A stretch of 64,000 nucleotides of DNA. Origin: Macrostomum lignano. Its lineage: Eukaryota. Numbering within the stretch: the first letter of the stretch is position 1; each line of letters opens with the position of its first letter. The notes below the pieces were generated by a model, which was not told the DNA's origin, searched no databases, and saw only the letters and a program-made list of their open reading frames with translations. The DNA is taken from contig NIVC01001481.1 of NCBI GenBank assembly GCA_002269645.1, positions 62,001 to 126,000 on the forward strand, given 5' to 3'. Made by a program: the position numbers and the translations under genes. Shown here piece by piece: positions 12,350-24,784 of this stretch.

Positions 12350-13760
12350 AAAGCATGAAAATACTTTGTTTCTTTCAAGCACTCAAGGTCTTAAGTGTGC
12401 TACTCTCCTTGCAAGTTTTATCTAATGACTATCAAGGAAAACTTCAATAGCAAGTATCTTCAATAGCTTGAAGAACTTCACCACAAAGGAGCCAACAAGT
12501 AAAAAGGTACAAGTAGAAAGATACATTCCCAACTATATTTGCTAATGCACTTTTTACCTATCCTCAAATCCAGCTACTGTTTGACAATCCACTTCTATAA
12601 TAACTGCTTCCAATCACCTAGAGAAGGAAGTTCAATACTTGGAAGCCATGTCAAAGACATTTGAAGGCAAAGATAATATCAGCTCTATGAGCCTAGAAGA
12701 TTTCAAGTTGCCATCATAGATAGGATTTTAATTATCTATTCCTTAGCATGTGTCAATGACATTCTAAACATGGCTGGTTCAATTTCAGTTTATGTATTGA
12801 TTTTATAGGTTGATTTTGAGTGCAGGTCATTTGTAGCAAGGAAGTCCTTTTGGCTAGGGTTTACCTGGTACCATGACAGCTTGCTTGATAGACTAAATAA
12901 TATGTTCTAGTTATTCAATCTCTAAGCTTTATAGTAAAATCTCTAATGAGCAAGTTCAAAGATGATGGCAAGATTTTCTATGACAAACCTAAATTACCAA
13001 AAAGCAATACTACCATTATAAAGAAGTCATGAAAATAGTACGGAGGATTGAATTTAATATCATAGAGATTCTTATAGACAATGCAATAGTGAATTCCAAG
13101 TTTTTGACTAGAATTACCTCTGCAATGGCTAGAAAACAATTTGTTATTTCCTATCCTAAATCTAGGTAGCCATTTTTTAGTTTTGATCTAATGTATGACT
13201 TAAAAATGTCTATAACAATTTTTAAGCTTTTTAAAAGAAATCTTTGACTAAAAATATGTTTTTTCAAAAGTTGCCATGGGTTTTCAATCTTTATATTTCA
13301 TGAATTCTCTTTTAAATTAACATTGGGATAGAAAATACTAGCTATATGTTATCTACTACCAGTTTGTTTATTGTATAGACTTATTCAGGGGCCTTATGCA
13401 TTATTATTGTTTATGTATATCTCTAGTCAAAAATGTAAAGGCTAATAAACTACCATAAATTATCCTTTTGGCTTTAATAGACTACCCATTTACCTATTAA
13501 TTGCCTTTTCAAAGTAAGCACAATCTTTAAAATGTAAAACCAACCCCTCCCTAAGCTTTATCCCAGCCTTAGAATATGGTAGGACAATGGACAGTTTTTT
13601 ACTTAGTAGAATAATAGTATAATTTTTTCTACTTAAGCAATATATTCCTATTCATTACTTTGTAGGCTCTATAAGATTAATATAACTTAGGATTTTATCT
13701 AGACTACTATGCATAAGACTATGTAATGGTCAATAAAAGTTTAGACCATAGAGTATAAGG
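12350..13760 (+). mobile_element. Decayed THAP-domain / P-element (THAP9-like) transposase fossil
   Basis: Hand translation through stops and frameshifts gives motifs in the expected order: VC(S) at 12395; KRYK*KDTFPTIF ending 12540 (THAP AVPTIF box); FIVKSLMSKFKD 12928-12963; IEILIDNAIVNSKF 13062-13103; YPKSR*PFFSFDLMYDLK from 13152. Boundaries approximate. Confidence 0.6.
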
Positions 13761-14247
13761 ATAAAAACTCTAGATTTAAGATTTAAGAACTCCAAATCTA
13801 GATTGGTTTAGGGTTTGGGACATAGGCCATTGAATACAATTTTTTACTTATTTGTTTGCAACCAAGCATTAAATATTTTTAAGAAAATGAGATATGAAAA
13901 CATTCAAGGCAATTCCAATTTCAACAGTTGTCATAAAAGAGACTTATATTGTTCTGTTTATTCCATTTTTATCTAGAATAGTTTCCTTTTTGTCATTAAC
14001 AATAAATATTTGATCAATTTCTATAAGTAACAAAGAAATAGTAGAGGTACCTACAAGCCAAATTTCACAAAGAAAATATTAAGACTTTAAATAGAAGATT
14101 AGGAGAATCTATAAGATTTAGATAGGTATTCTATTAGCAGCAAAGAATTTAGGGCAAAATATAAAAAATGAATACTATACACCAAGGTTGTTCTGCAGGT
14201 TGTTTTGGGTAGACAAAAGATAGGTCCTATAATAAATTAGCCTAAGA

Positions 14248-15298
14248 TCTAATTTATAACAAAAAAGGTCAATTAATAGGTTTTTTAAGTCTATTATCAA
14301 AGTCAACACAAAAGCAGTAAATAATTAATACTATATTGTTGAAGATATAATGCTAATATTAAGTATACCTTAATTTAGAGATGATAATTCTTTTATATTT
14401 TATTCTCAATCTTAACTTTTTTATTTCTTTATTATTTTTTAGAAATTTGCTATTCAAATCAATATAGAATGATATAGGCCTAGCTTAAAATATTTGTCTA
14501 GACTATAGCACAAAAATATACAAAGTCTCTAACTATTTAGTAGCATTCATATGCAACCTTGGGAATCACTTGGCTGTTGCAAGAGACTGCTCTTGGCCAA
14601 TAGCGACTTACATGTGTGTGTTGCCAATAGAAACAGCCAGGTGAATTTGTAGGTTGCGCCCAAGCATGTTTAGTAGGATAGGTAAACTTAGTGGTCAATC
14701 ATTGCAGGCAGATGCAGTAGACTCAACTCAAGCAACTCAATTATCATGGGACATGGTGCACTAACAAAACTATGCCATAGCTGGCCTCTTACCAGCACCT
14801 AAAACCATTGTTTATTGTTGCTATTCTATCTATAGGACTACCTATTCACCAGTTTCACTAGTTGACAGTTGCCAATTTATATGTTAAAATTTATTGGTAT
14901 TTCTATGAATATGTTATAGCATTCATCATTAAACTAGCTTAAACATAAATTACAAATCTTTAAAGAAAATAATTGAATGCACAAAAGTAAAGGACTACCA
15001 ATATTGATAAAAAAACTAGGCCTAACTTTATGGCCAAAATTATCATACTACCAAATGGGCAAATTCATTGTGAAGTTTTGTAACCTTTTAATTCATTACT
15101 CAACCAATTTTCAAAAGTAAGGTGTCATTTTACTCATGAAAAGGAGATTCATTCACCAGATTCGGTCATTCAGATGGAATAAGGGTTAGGCCGCGGGTAA
15201 ACTTCAACAATATAGTATTAATTATTTACTGCTTTTGTGTTGACTTTGATAATAGACTTAAAAAACCTATTAATTGACCTTTTTGTTATAAATTAGAC
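14248..15298. repeat. ~97-bp near-perfect inverted repeat pair (14248-14344 / 15202-15298)
   Basis: TCTAATTTATAACAAAAAAGGTCAATT...CTATATTGTTGAAG reappears reverse-complemented ~860 bp later, differing only in the A/T run length by eye. Confidence 0.85.
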
Positions 15299-17397
15299 AT
15301 GCAAAACTTGAAATGCACAAAAAATGAGTTTTTGAGTTGCCTTTACTTATCTTCAGATAATAAATTCGTAGCATAATATAATATTCGATGCTTGTTTAGA
15401 ATTTGTGGATTTGTTTGATGACCGACCGCTTCTAGTTCTAGTGTCCCTTCAGAACAGAAGTTTTCAAAGAATCCTGAAATTGCGATACAAGTGAAAATAT
15501 TTCTTATCTTTTATTTTGAATATGGTTATTGCAGTATCTAACTAAATTAAAAAATTATCTAAAATTCACTTAAAATCTTAATCTTTGAGCAATTTGTATT
15601 TGTCAGGTTGTTTTTTTTTGTTAAAAGCTGCCAATTGGCTTTTAACTAGTACCGGAAAATCGAGACTTTCGAAAGAACCTGATAGTTTTGCCATAAAAAT
15701 AATCGATTTAACCCTTAAAATGCTGGGCGGGGAAAAGCCCAGCTCCAGGTTTGATTGAACTAGAAACGCTAAAACGCTTTACTACGGGCTCCTCGGGATG
15801 CCGACGTCCTTTAATACAAGCTACGATCTCAAAGACAAGTAAATTGTCGAAGTGAACAAACGCATAGCTAGTGCACAACCTACCCATCGACAACTAAATT
15901 GTCATGGACAACCGAAGTTTACTTCTTCATAACTATGAAGTACGACTTTACCGTAACTTCAGTGGTCCTTGAATCGGTACGAAAGAAAGCATAAGAATTG
16001 CGATCAACATCGACTGACATGCGGCGCATGTTGTATATTTCTTACAATCATGTACGAATAAAATCATGCCTACGTGTATCCTGAACGAGGCGAGTGTAAT
16101 TAATTTTTTTGAGCGGCCATGGACAGAAACTGATATGCCATGCTATTATGTTACTATATTCAACACTTATCTAAATGTATAATGACGGCCTTCACCTCTT
16201 TTCTCCGAACGTAAGATAATTACCAGGTGCTGAAAATGAGAACAAATGAAGCTTGAATTGAGCCCGTTAATCGAGTGTGTTAACTTTGTCCTCGGTAAGA
16301 TGCTAAAGTCTTTCGACAGCCATTGGATTACTTTGCAAAAAAGACGGCAAAGGACAATGACAAATCATCAATACGCAACAAAACCAAAAAAAGAAACCTT
16401 GTAAGTCATTGTGGCTCGACAGGGGTGAACTTGTGACATATCGTAAGAATTTTGGACGTTAAGCGAACGACGTGTATCTCATATTTGTCACACACTTTGC
16501 TATTGAAGAGAGACGCTAAAGGCTCTGCTAAGAGGGAGCCAATTAGACACAAAACTCACTCAGCAGATGAGATTTTATTTTACATCGATATAGCTCTTTA
16601 GCCGAGTTCAATGTCGTACTGCAAAGTTTTGATCGATATTTTTCAACCATCTCAAGAGCATTCTTGGACGGCCACCTCATACCAAAGTACATGTTTGCTT
16701 TGAGAGAGGGCTTTTACATTGTAGATTGGTATATCCGAGCTAGTATTTAGGATGTCGCTACTTTCAAGTGTGAAATAAATACCATATCATTGATATCATT
16801 GCTGTAACTAACAATTGTGAAGTTTGACGAAATTTGTGCAAGACGAATAAGTAAGAAAACTTTAAATGATTCTGAAATATTATGCGTGAAATATTGTAAT
16901 AACTAGTCAAATAAACTGCGAACATTTTATGAATTATAATTAATGGAAGTTTAATGCGACACAAGATAATAATTTATGTAAACTAAAACCATTGCATAGA
17001 CAATCGGATTTAAAGGATCAATTAGAAAATAAAACCGCACGCAAATGAATCCCTAAAGCATTTACTATATAGAATTTCAGACCAGAAAGAGCAGGAGTAA
17101 CACTTTTAATTAACTCCCCTCTTGATTCCATTTCGAGGTATCAAATGGTGTTAACTTATATAGGATTAGTTCAAAAGTTTAGTCGTTTCATTTTCGTGCA
17201 AAGCTCTGTAAAGATTTTTAACGTTATCCTATTGATTGATGATCTCTCCTGGATTAGCGCTGATGGAATAATGCGTCTCAAACTACTAAGTCAAGAATTT
17301 CATGAGGTTTGAATCGGATGCAGCACTTAGCACTAGCAATCGGCAAATTAATACCAAAGATTTTCAATTATTTGTCTTCCCTTTCAGTGCCTGTTCT

Positions 17398-18569
17398 TCA
17401 GCCCTGTTCGGCCCCCAGCTTCTTAGCCAGAGCTGCAACATTATTTGGGGGCACCACGCCCGTGTCCGTCACTATGGCCGTGATTAGCTCGGCCGGAGTA
17501 ACGTCGAACGCCGGATTCCAGATGTCAATGCCGCGACAAGCAATTCGTTGGCCGGCAACGCAGGCCAACTCGTCGGACGGCCGCTCCTCGATGACGATCT
17601 CCGAACCGGTGCGCATGCTAAAATCAATGCTAGTAAGAGGCGCCGCCACGAAGAACGGTATGGAATGATGACGAGCCAGTACGGCAATCTGATAGGTGCC
17701 AATCTTGTTCGCGGTGTCGCCGTTGGACACGATCCGATCGGCACCCAGGACAACAGCGTGCACTCGGCCGCTTGCCATGGCCGCGGCAACCATGCTGTCG
17801 CAGATTAGAGTGCCCGGCAGCCCGTCAACAACGATTTCGTAGGCTGTGAGCCTGGCGCCCTGGTTGTAGGGTCGAGTCTCTGTGCAGAATATCCGGCCTA
17901 AGCGCCCTCGATTGTGCAGGCTGCGCACAACGCCTAGTGCGGTGCCGTAGCCTCCGGTGGCTAAAGAGCCCGTGTTGCAGTGAGTCAGCACGTTCACTTG
18001 GCCACCAGGTGGTACGAGGCCGCGCTCTTCGACACTTTGTAGTAGGGCATTGGCGCCAGCCTCTCCAATGGCTCGGCAGGAGCGGACATCTTGTTCCAGC
18101 TGCGACTCCAGCCATTCCACAGCGGCCAGACGCTGACCGGCTACGTCCATTGCTGACCAGTCGGTGGATAGAAGGCGAAACATCCGTTCGCGGCTGTCCT
18201 GCAGATTGACGGCAGTTGGACGGGCCGACACCAGTCGGTCCCATTTGGCGCCTAACCAGGCGGACAATTTTGCCGAACTGTCCACCTGAGACAGGGTGTC
18301 CGGCGATTTCAGCTCTACAGCCATGGCTAAGCTGCCAACAATGCCAATGGCTGGGGCGCCACGAACCTGAGAAATCCAGAGATTAGATGCAGCTGTATGC
18401 TCTCAATGTCAAGACGCAATGTAACAAAATTACGCACCTGCATCCTTTTAATAGCTGACCAGGCTTCCTCACAGCTGGCGATACGAATGTACACTGTCTG
18501 ATGCGGCAAAAGCAATTGATCAATAAGTGACAGCTCGCCATTGGCGTAGCGAATTGCTTCAAGCGACAT
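17398..18569 (-). CDS. MRI1: Methylthioribose-1-phosphate isomerase; exons 18569-18438 and 18366-17398; 366 aa
   Basis: [88 protein letters not shown]; one 71-nt phase-0 GT-AG intron. Confidence 0.96.
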
Positions 18570-19299
18570 TTTACTGAGCGAATAGCTCAGGTGGCTGAAA
18601 TTGTTTGCAGTGATTTGATCTGTATTTGGCGGAGTTTTGAAGTTTTGTCAATTAGAAGGGTCACTATTGTGATGAGCATTTATTCTACATCATTGTAAAG
18701 CACATAAAAGTTGAGTTTTTTCAGGGAAAAACAACAAAAATAGAATAAATTCACTTTTCTAGCACAAAATCGAATGTAGATGGTCTAAGGATTCAGACTC
18801 GGACCAAATCGATCTAATCTGAGGTTAATCTGCTTCGCAAAAGATGGAGGAAATTGGCATAAATCCAACGCGTCTCGATGCATATCTCATCATGTGAGGA
18901 TAATAAGGCTGATGCCCAAGGGACCAGTGGAAATCCAGGATTAAAATTCCAGTACTTGCCTCAGTAAAAAAAGAAGGAAATTAAGGAGCCACCTCGGAAT
19001 CAAACGGATTTCTGCTCGCCCCATACTGCGCCAACAATAACTCAAAGCGGTTTTAAGACCCGCTCCAACACAGCTCCGATCCTACTCGACAGTGCTAATT
19101 AGCACGGAAATTAGTTGCAATTCCCTGAAGGCTCAAGTTTCTTTGACCAAAAATTCTTATGTTTTAGCAGTTCGGCAAAAAAGCAAATGAATTAAGAAGG
19201 CAATTTCCGAAGCAAAAGCTTCGTCAACTTAAGGTCTGGTCTGGTAGGATGAAAAACTTCCATAAATAGCCGCACGAATTTTGAATTAAAAAACTGAAG

Positions 19300-21023
19300 A
19301 TAGGATGACGTTCCATTTCAGTGCCTTACACCAATAGACCTGCAGTAACTTGAAGAGCAACTCATTTCTTTTTAAGTTTACAATCGTAAAAACGGTTGTC
19401 TTATATCTTTGCTAGGTCGTAAAGCATGACAACCATAAGCGCAGTGCAGGATCCATAGAAGAGCCGTGTGCAGACGCAACGATACATGGCACATTCAAGT
19501 ACTAACTTGTAGATCCTGTAGCGGTGTTGCAACACTATCCTTGTACAAGAACTGGTGCAGCAAAAAAATGGAAATGAGTCTAGTAAAAAAATGCAACTGA
19601 ACTAGGCAATAACTCATTTTTTCTCACTCGAAAAAAGTAATTTTCGAATGATAAGTCGATTAATTCCTTAGCTTACGCAGATAAGCTTTGAGTCAATAGA
19701 AGTGAGATCAAGGCTTGGGTTCAGCTGCCGCCGCAGCTGCATGATAAGGCACAGGGCTTAGTTGTGGGGATTACAGCCGCTCCTAGATAGAATTGAAGCG
19801 ATAACCTTCGCTGGATTGAATGCGGCCAAGAACGCCAACAAGACGCAGTTCTCAGCAGAAATAGTTAACGTCAATCCCTGTTGTTCAATGCCTGTGCCAT
19901 CGCAAGCTCCTGTTAACATTAAAATTAGCCTCTTTCACACACCTCAAGCATATTTTTTGTTTTAACTGACGAAGATTTGAAATGCTACTGGTTAAAAGGC
20001 ACTGAAGAAAGTGTTGCTTAAGAAGATTACACATCGATAGCGATTGAAAGACACTAAACTTACTTCGTAGATTATTTGTGTAGGCGAGAGCGCTTTTGAC
20101 AGGAGACAAATAATTGCTTTAAGATTGTCAAAATAATTATTATACTGTAGATTGCTCAATGAGCTAGACCACAAGCATCGAATACGCCAAACAAGCTAGA
20201 AGACAAGTGTCCAATCAGACCAAGATCTTAACCAAGGATTTTACAATCATAGTAAAAAAACCAAGACCAAACAGGAAGATATTATATGGTTTGCAATTTA
20301 ACAACTCTCTCTCTCTCTTTCGACCGGGCAGTTGAAGAACTGTCAGCAACAGACTCACTCAGCCAGTCGATAATTGTGTATTATATTTGTAGTTTCAGTT
20401 TATCACAAGCTGTGCTTTTATCGTCGAAGTTGATATCGTTCAAAAAACATTCTCCTAATCACTAGCGAGTCTCCACAAACTCAAGCGTGATGTTATAGAT
20501 AGTTCAAAAAACGAAATACACAGACTTAGTCGGGAAATAGAAGGGATTCTTAGAATAGTTCAGTTCCTGGGCAGAATGTTGAAGAAACAAAACAAGTCTT
20601 GTGGTCAAATCAGCTGTTGACGTTCCATCAGCCGCGGAATCGATCGCGGCGTTTCTCCAGCGCCTTGCCCAGGTAAACATTGTCGATGCCAGCTGGCACG
20701 GAGTCGCAGTCCGCAACCTGCAAGTTTAAGAAAAATTCAAGAAAATCTGCATGTTTCATGCGCGAATATGGGATCTTTTGTAACCGACTGGCACCGAGAC
20801 TCACCCGAGCCATGGCCTCAACCAGACGGCAGATCCGATTGTTAGAGACCTCGCTGCCGGACACGGAATTGCTGCAATTGAGAAATGCAACTTTTTGCAC
20901 TGCATAGTCAAGTGTCTGCAACACAAAATACATGCTAGATAAACAAAATCAAACTAAAACTAACCCGGCCAGCACGCAGGCAGTCAGCAGGAGGACAACA
21001 AAAGCGGCGCGAATCTTCAGCAT
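19300..21023 (-). pseudogene. Type II membrane protein gene, apparently truncated or decayed (weak glycosyltransferase-25-like traces)
   Basis: ATG at 21023 opens MLKIRAAFVVLLLTACVLAG. Splicing 20964-20935 and 20804-20718 gives a 92-aa product ending IDNVYLGKALEKRRDRFRG*. Downstream frames carry stops but retain splice-like sites and fragments (NITLEFVE, ICLLSKAL, VYWCK). A 5' UTR intron lies at 21150-21065. Family assignment is weak. Confidence 0.35.
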
Positions 21024-21989
21024 GATTTGACTTCTTTTCGTTAGCGCTTTCGATATTAAAGAATCTGAAATGGTCAGTAGCAGGTTTGTTAAACTTGCAG
21101 CTAGTTGAAAACACTTATTAGAATACGTTGAACAGCCAGCAGACACTTACCAGAAGACACGTTAGAGAATGGGACAATTCTCAACAGTTTCAGACTGGCG
21201 TCTGTGTCGGCGACTACCGTGCTGCCATTTTTATAGAGAATTCAACGGCAAGCTGATTGGATAGGCCGGATAGCTGCGAAATCATAACTTTGTCGGACTG
21301 AGCTCGTGCTCGGAAGACACACGAATGCGCCACACAACACTTGATTGGATGAAGTCCGGAGAGGATAAGAAAAAATTAGATTTTGTTTCAGCAACCAAAT
21401 AAGACACAATTGTGAAGCGGATTAAAGAAACCGATTTAAAATCACGCGCAATTCAAAGTCATCATTTGTGCGTGGGTGGTGTTCCAGGCCAAACCTCGGG
21501 ACCAGTTGCGGGAGGTTAACAAGACCGAGGCGCGTTAACTAACAAAACGGAAGTTGATACAGCGTGCCAATCCTGACAGCAAAGGCCTAACAGTGAAACT
21601 CTGCAATCAAGCAACTAGCAAATCAGGCAAAACATTGTGCTGATCATTGATCAATCACCACGTCAGTTGCTCATTGCTTCCATTCAAATTCTAAAGATAG
21701 ACACGTCGAATGAACGGGAAAGAGTGTGTTAAATTTGTCATTTAAATTGAAATTTACTGTGAAATATCCTCGTGTCCAGTTAAACACATTTTCTAAAACT
21801 TTCATACAAAATAAATTTTACTATTCTCTCGGTCGAATATACCTGGAATTGTCAAAAAACATTATGGCTGGGGTATGGTTCGAGCATACCTTCTCATGGA
21901 GTGACCCAAAACTGCAAGTCATTTCTTCTGTACACCGAAACATGTGCATTAGTCTTTCAAGTTTTTTCGTTCCTGAACTAAAAACTGAG

Positions 21990-22545
21990 CTGCTGTCCTA
22001 GCTGGCACCCCTGCTGCTCTGGCTGGCATCCCTGCTGCTCTGGCTGGCATCCCTGCTGCTCTGGCTGGCACCCTTGTTGCTCTGGCTGGCACCCCTGCTG
22101 CTCTGGCTGGCACCCCTGCTGCTCTGGCTGGCACCCCTGCTGCTCTGGCTGGCACCCTTGCTGCTTTGGCTGGCACCCCTGCTGCTCTGGCTGGCACCCC
22201 TGCTGCTCTGGCTGGCACCCTTGCTGCTTTGGCTGGCACCCCTGCTGCTCTGGCTGGCACCCTTGCTGCTCTGGCTGGCACCCTTGCTGCTCTGGCTGGC
22301 ATCCCTGCTGCTCTGGCTGGCACCCCTGCTGCTCTGGCTAGCACCCCTGCTGCTCTGGCTGGCACCCCTGCTGCTCTGGCTGGCACCCTTGCTGCTCTGG
22401 CTGGCACCCTTGCTGCTCTGGCTGGCATCCCTGCTGCTCTGGCTGGCACCCCTGCTGCTCTGGCTAGCACCCCTGCTGCTCTGGCTGGCACCCCTGCTGC
22501 TCTGGCTGGCACCCCTGCTGCTCTGGCTGGCACCCTTGCTGCTTA
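21990..22545. repeat. 21-bp tandem minisatellite (~26 copies)
   Basis: Unit GCTGCTCTGGCTGGCACCCCT; source of the PARAAGV/LAGTPAA ORFs. Confidence 0.95.
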
Positions 22546-23414
22546 TCAGCCTGGCTCTGTTGCAAAACCACCCAGAGGTTGCAATGAATGCAGATCAGGT
22601 GTTCAATCAATTTTGCAGAAGTGGCTTGTGCCATACAGAATTTTTATATGATTTTGGCCCTTATCAGCAAGCACCTGTCTTTCTGCAACTGGTTTCACAA
22701 CTGATAGGATTGTGATAAGCTAACAATTTACATTACTTGATAACAATATGTCCTCTTATCTGATACTTTGACATCCTCCCACTCATTTAAATCTTTTTTT
22801 CCAAATGCTATATACAAGCTTAGGGCTATTTTTAATGCAGTTAAATGCACTTAAAAATACTATAACTAGGCAACAGGTGTAAATGTATGTCACACGCATG
22901 GGATCTATGAAATTTATATTGTACCTATATTTTGTATAAAGTCAATCAACTATGTTTTTTGATGTATTATAGAATAACACTAACAAAATACACCTTGCAC
23001 TAGACACAAGTAGCCATAGAGGGGAGAGATATTTAAAGATCTTTCTTTTTGTATATAGTATTGACAAGTATGGTTATATAATAGACAATTGCCCAATAGC
23101 TATTTAGCAACATTTGCAGAGTTCAATTTACAACATATTATAATGATATTTGTTTATCATTGATTTGTATATTGATATGCTATAATTTTATTATATCCAA
23201 GTGCCAAATATTCTTTTAACTCATAATTGCCTTTTATTATCTATGACCATAGCCAATGTAATAAAAGAAATAAGATTAAAATAATTAAGGATAGTTATTA
23301 TAATTTATATTAACTTAGTCTACTGCCAAACTAGTTATTGCCAAAATTTTGTTATAAAAATTGACTATTACCAAATTTAAAACTCACTAAAATAGACTTT
23401 ATTAATTAAACATA

Positions 23415-23699
23415 CATGCGCAACCTCCAAAATTTGGTTGGCCATGCGACTTAGTTTTAACAAAAATTCGACATAGTTTTTGGCCAAAAAGCGACTAACA
23501 TGTAAAAAAACCTAAAGTAAAATTAACGCAACTTTGGGTAAAAGGCAGGAGTAACTATGACTATCTTTTTAAGCCAAAATATCTTGTCAGCTACTTAGTA
23601 CTACTAGGGTAATTTTTTAGGTGGGTATTTTTGCAACTTCCTTGGTTGGCCGCCAAATTGGTCGGCCAGATCGGCCAACTCGGTCGACTGTTGCGCATG
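23415..23699. mobile_element. Probable MITE, 285 bp, 10-bp TIR CATGCGCAAC flanked by TA (Tc1/mariner-like TSD)
   Basis: TA at 23413-14 followed by CATGCGCAAC; GTTGCGCATG at 23690-23699 followed by TA; TTGG(T/C)(T/C)GGCC-like subterminal motifs. Confidence 0.5.
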
Positions 23700-24051
23700 T
23701 ATATAATTAAAGCTAAGTTAATTTCAATTTTATCCAAATTTAACTTATGCTTCAAAGTCAATGATTAAATAGATTTTTTTGAGTATAAGGACTAAAACCA
23801 GTTTTAATTAACTTATACCAATGATTTAAGACTTGTTAGTTACAGAAGTTATGATAAACAGACTATTATATCTATAATAAGTGCTGGTCACTTCATCAAT
23901 TGGCATTTTATTAAATGGTTGACAATGTGACTATTTGGCAGGGGTAGCGATATTTGCTATTGACAAAATGACCAAGTTAAAAGGTCTTACTAATTGGTTA
24001 GTTGACAAAGTCACTGAGATCAAGGCATATTCCTCAGGCCCCCAGTTGACG

Positions 24052-24784
24052 CCATAGTCAGGAAGGTGGCAGTTTGGTCGGAAAATTCCGGCGCACACAA
24101 GCCCTTTTTGGGCACACAACGGCGCACAGCGGCGCACAGCGGTGCGCCACAACAGCGCACAGCGGCGCACTGGCGCACAGCGGCGCACAACGGCGCACAC
24201 CAGAGGACACCGGCGCATGGCGGCGCGGCGCGGCGGGCGGCGCGGCGCGACAAACGCCGCGCCACATGCAGCGTTACCCTTGTGGCGATCCCATGTAACG
24301 ATGTAAGTCGTTACTTGTTACAGTACACTATTCACTGTTCTATCTAATGTAACACTGCATTCTACCAAAATATAAAAAATAAAATAAAATATTTTCATTT
24401 TCCTTTTTACCTTTGTTTTTGCCATTTGCTTACTTTTTATGTTTGTTTTGTTTTAAAAATTAGAAATTAAATTAAAAATTTTTTAAATTTCTATTTTCGG
24501 TTTAACGATCTCAATTTCTCATAATATAGATAGCCCGTAACCGTCCCGTATTAACCATTATATTCTCTTGTCTCGTGACTCGACTCTCGTGTAACGTTTA
24601 TTGAAAATATTGGCGCACAAAAATTGTTGCTATGTTGTAAAAAAAGGTCTTTTATTGTCACAAGGCAGGTAGTGGCGGGCGCACAACGGCGCACACGAGG
24701 GTTTTTGTGTCGGCGCACGGCGCACAATTTTGGGAGAGGCCAAAATTTGTTCCGGCGCACACTCTGCCACCTTCCTGACTATGG
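24052..24784. mobile_element. Non-autonomous DNA transposon, 733 bp, perfect 21-bp TIRs, 8-bp TSD
   Basis: TIR CCATAGTCAGGAAGGTGGCAG at 24052-24072 and its reverse complement at 24764-24784; AGTTGACG duplicated at 24044-24051 and 24785-24792; clustered GGCGCAC subterminal repeats; AT-rich core. Confidence 0.92.

Noticed and set aside
15700-16760. Possible decayed coding or transposase sequence
   Set aside because: Only short frames with vague helix-turn-helix-like wording; no ordered motif set that I could assign.
21949-22715. ORFs with PARAAGV / LAGTPAA / LLLWLAP repeats
   Set aside because: A 21-bp unit keeps several frames open on both strands; no convincing unique domain or splice context.
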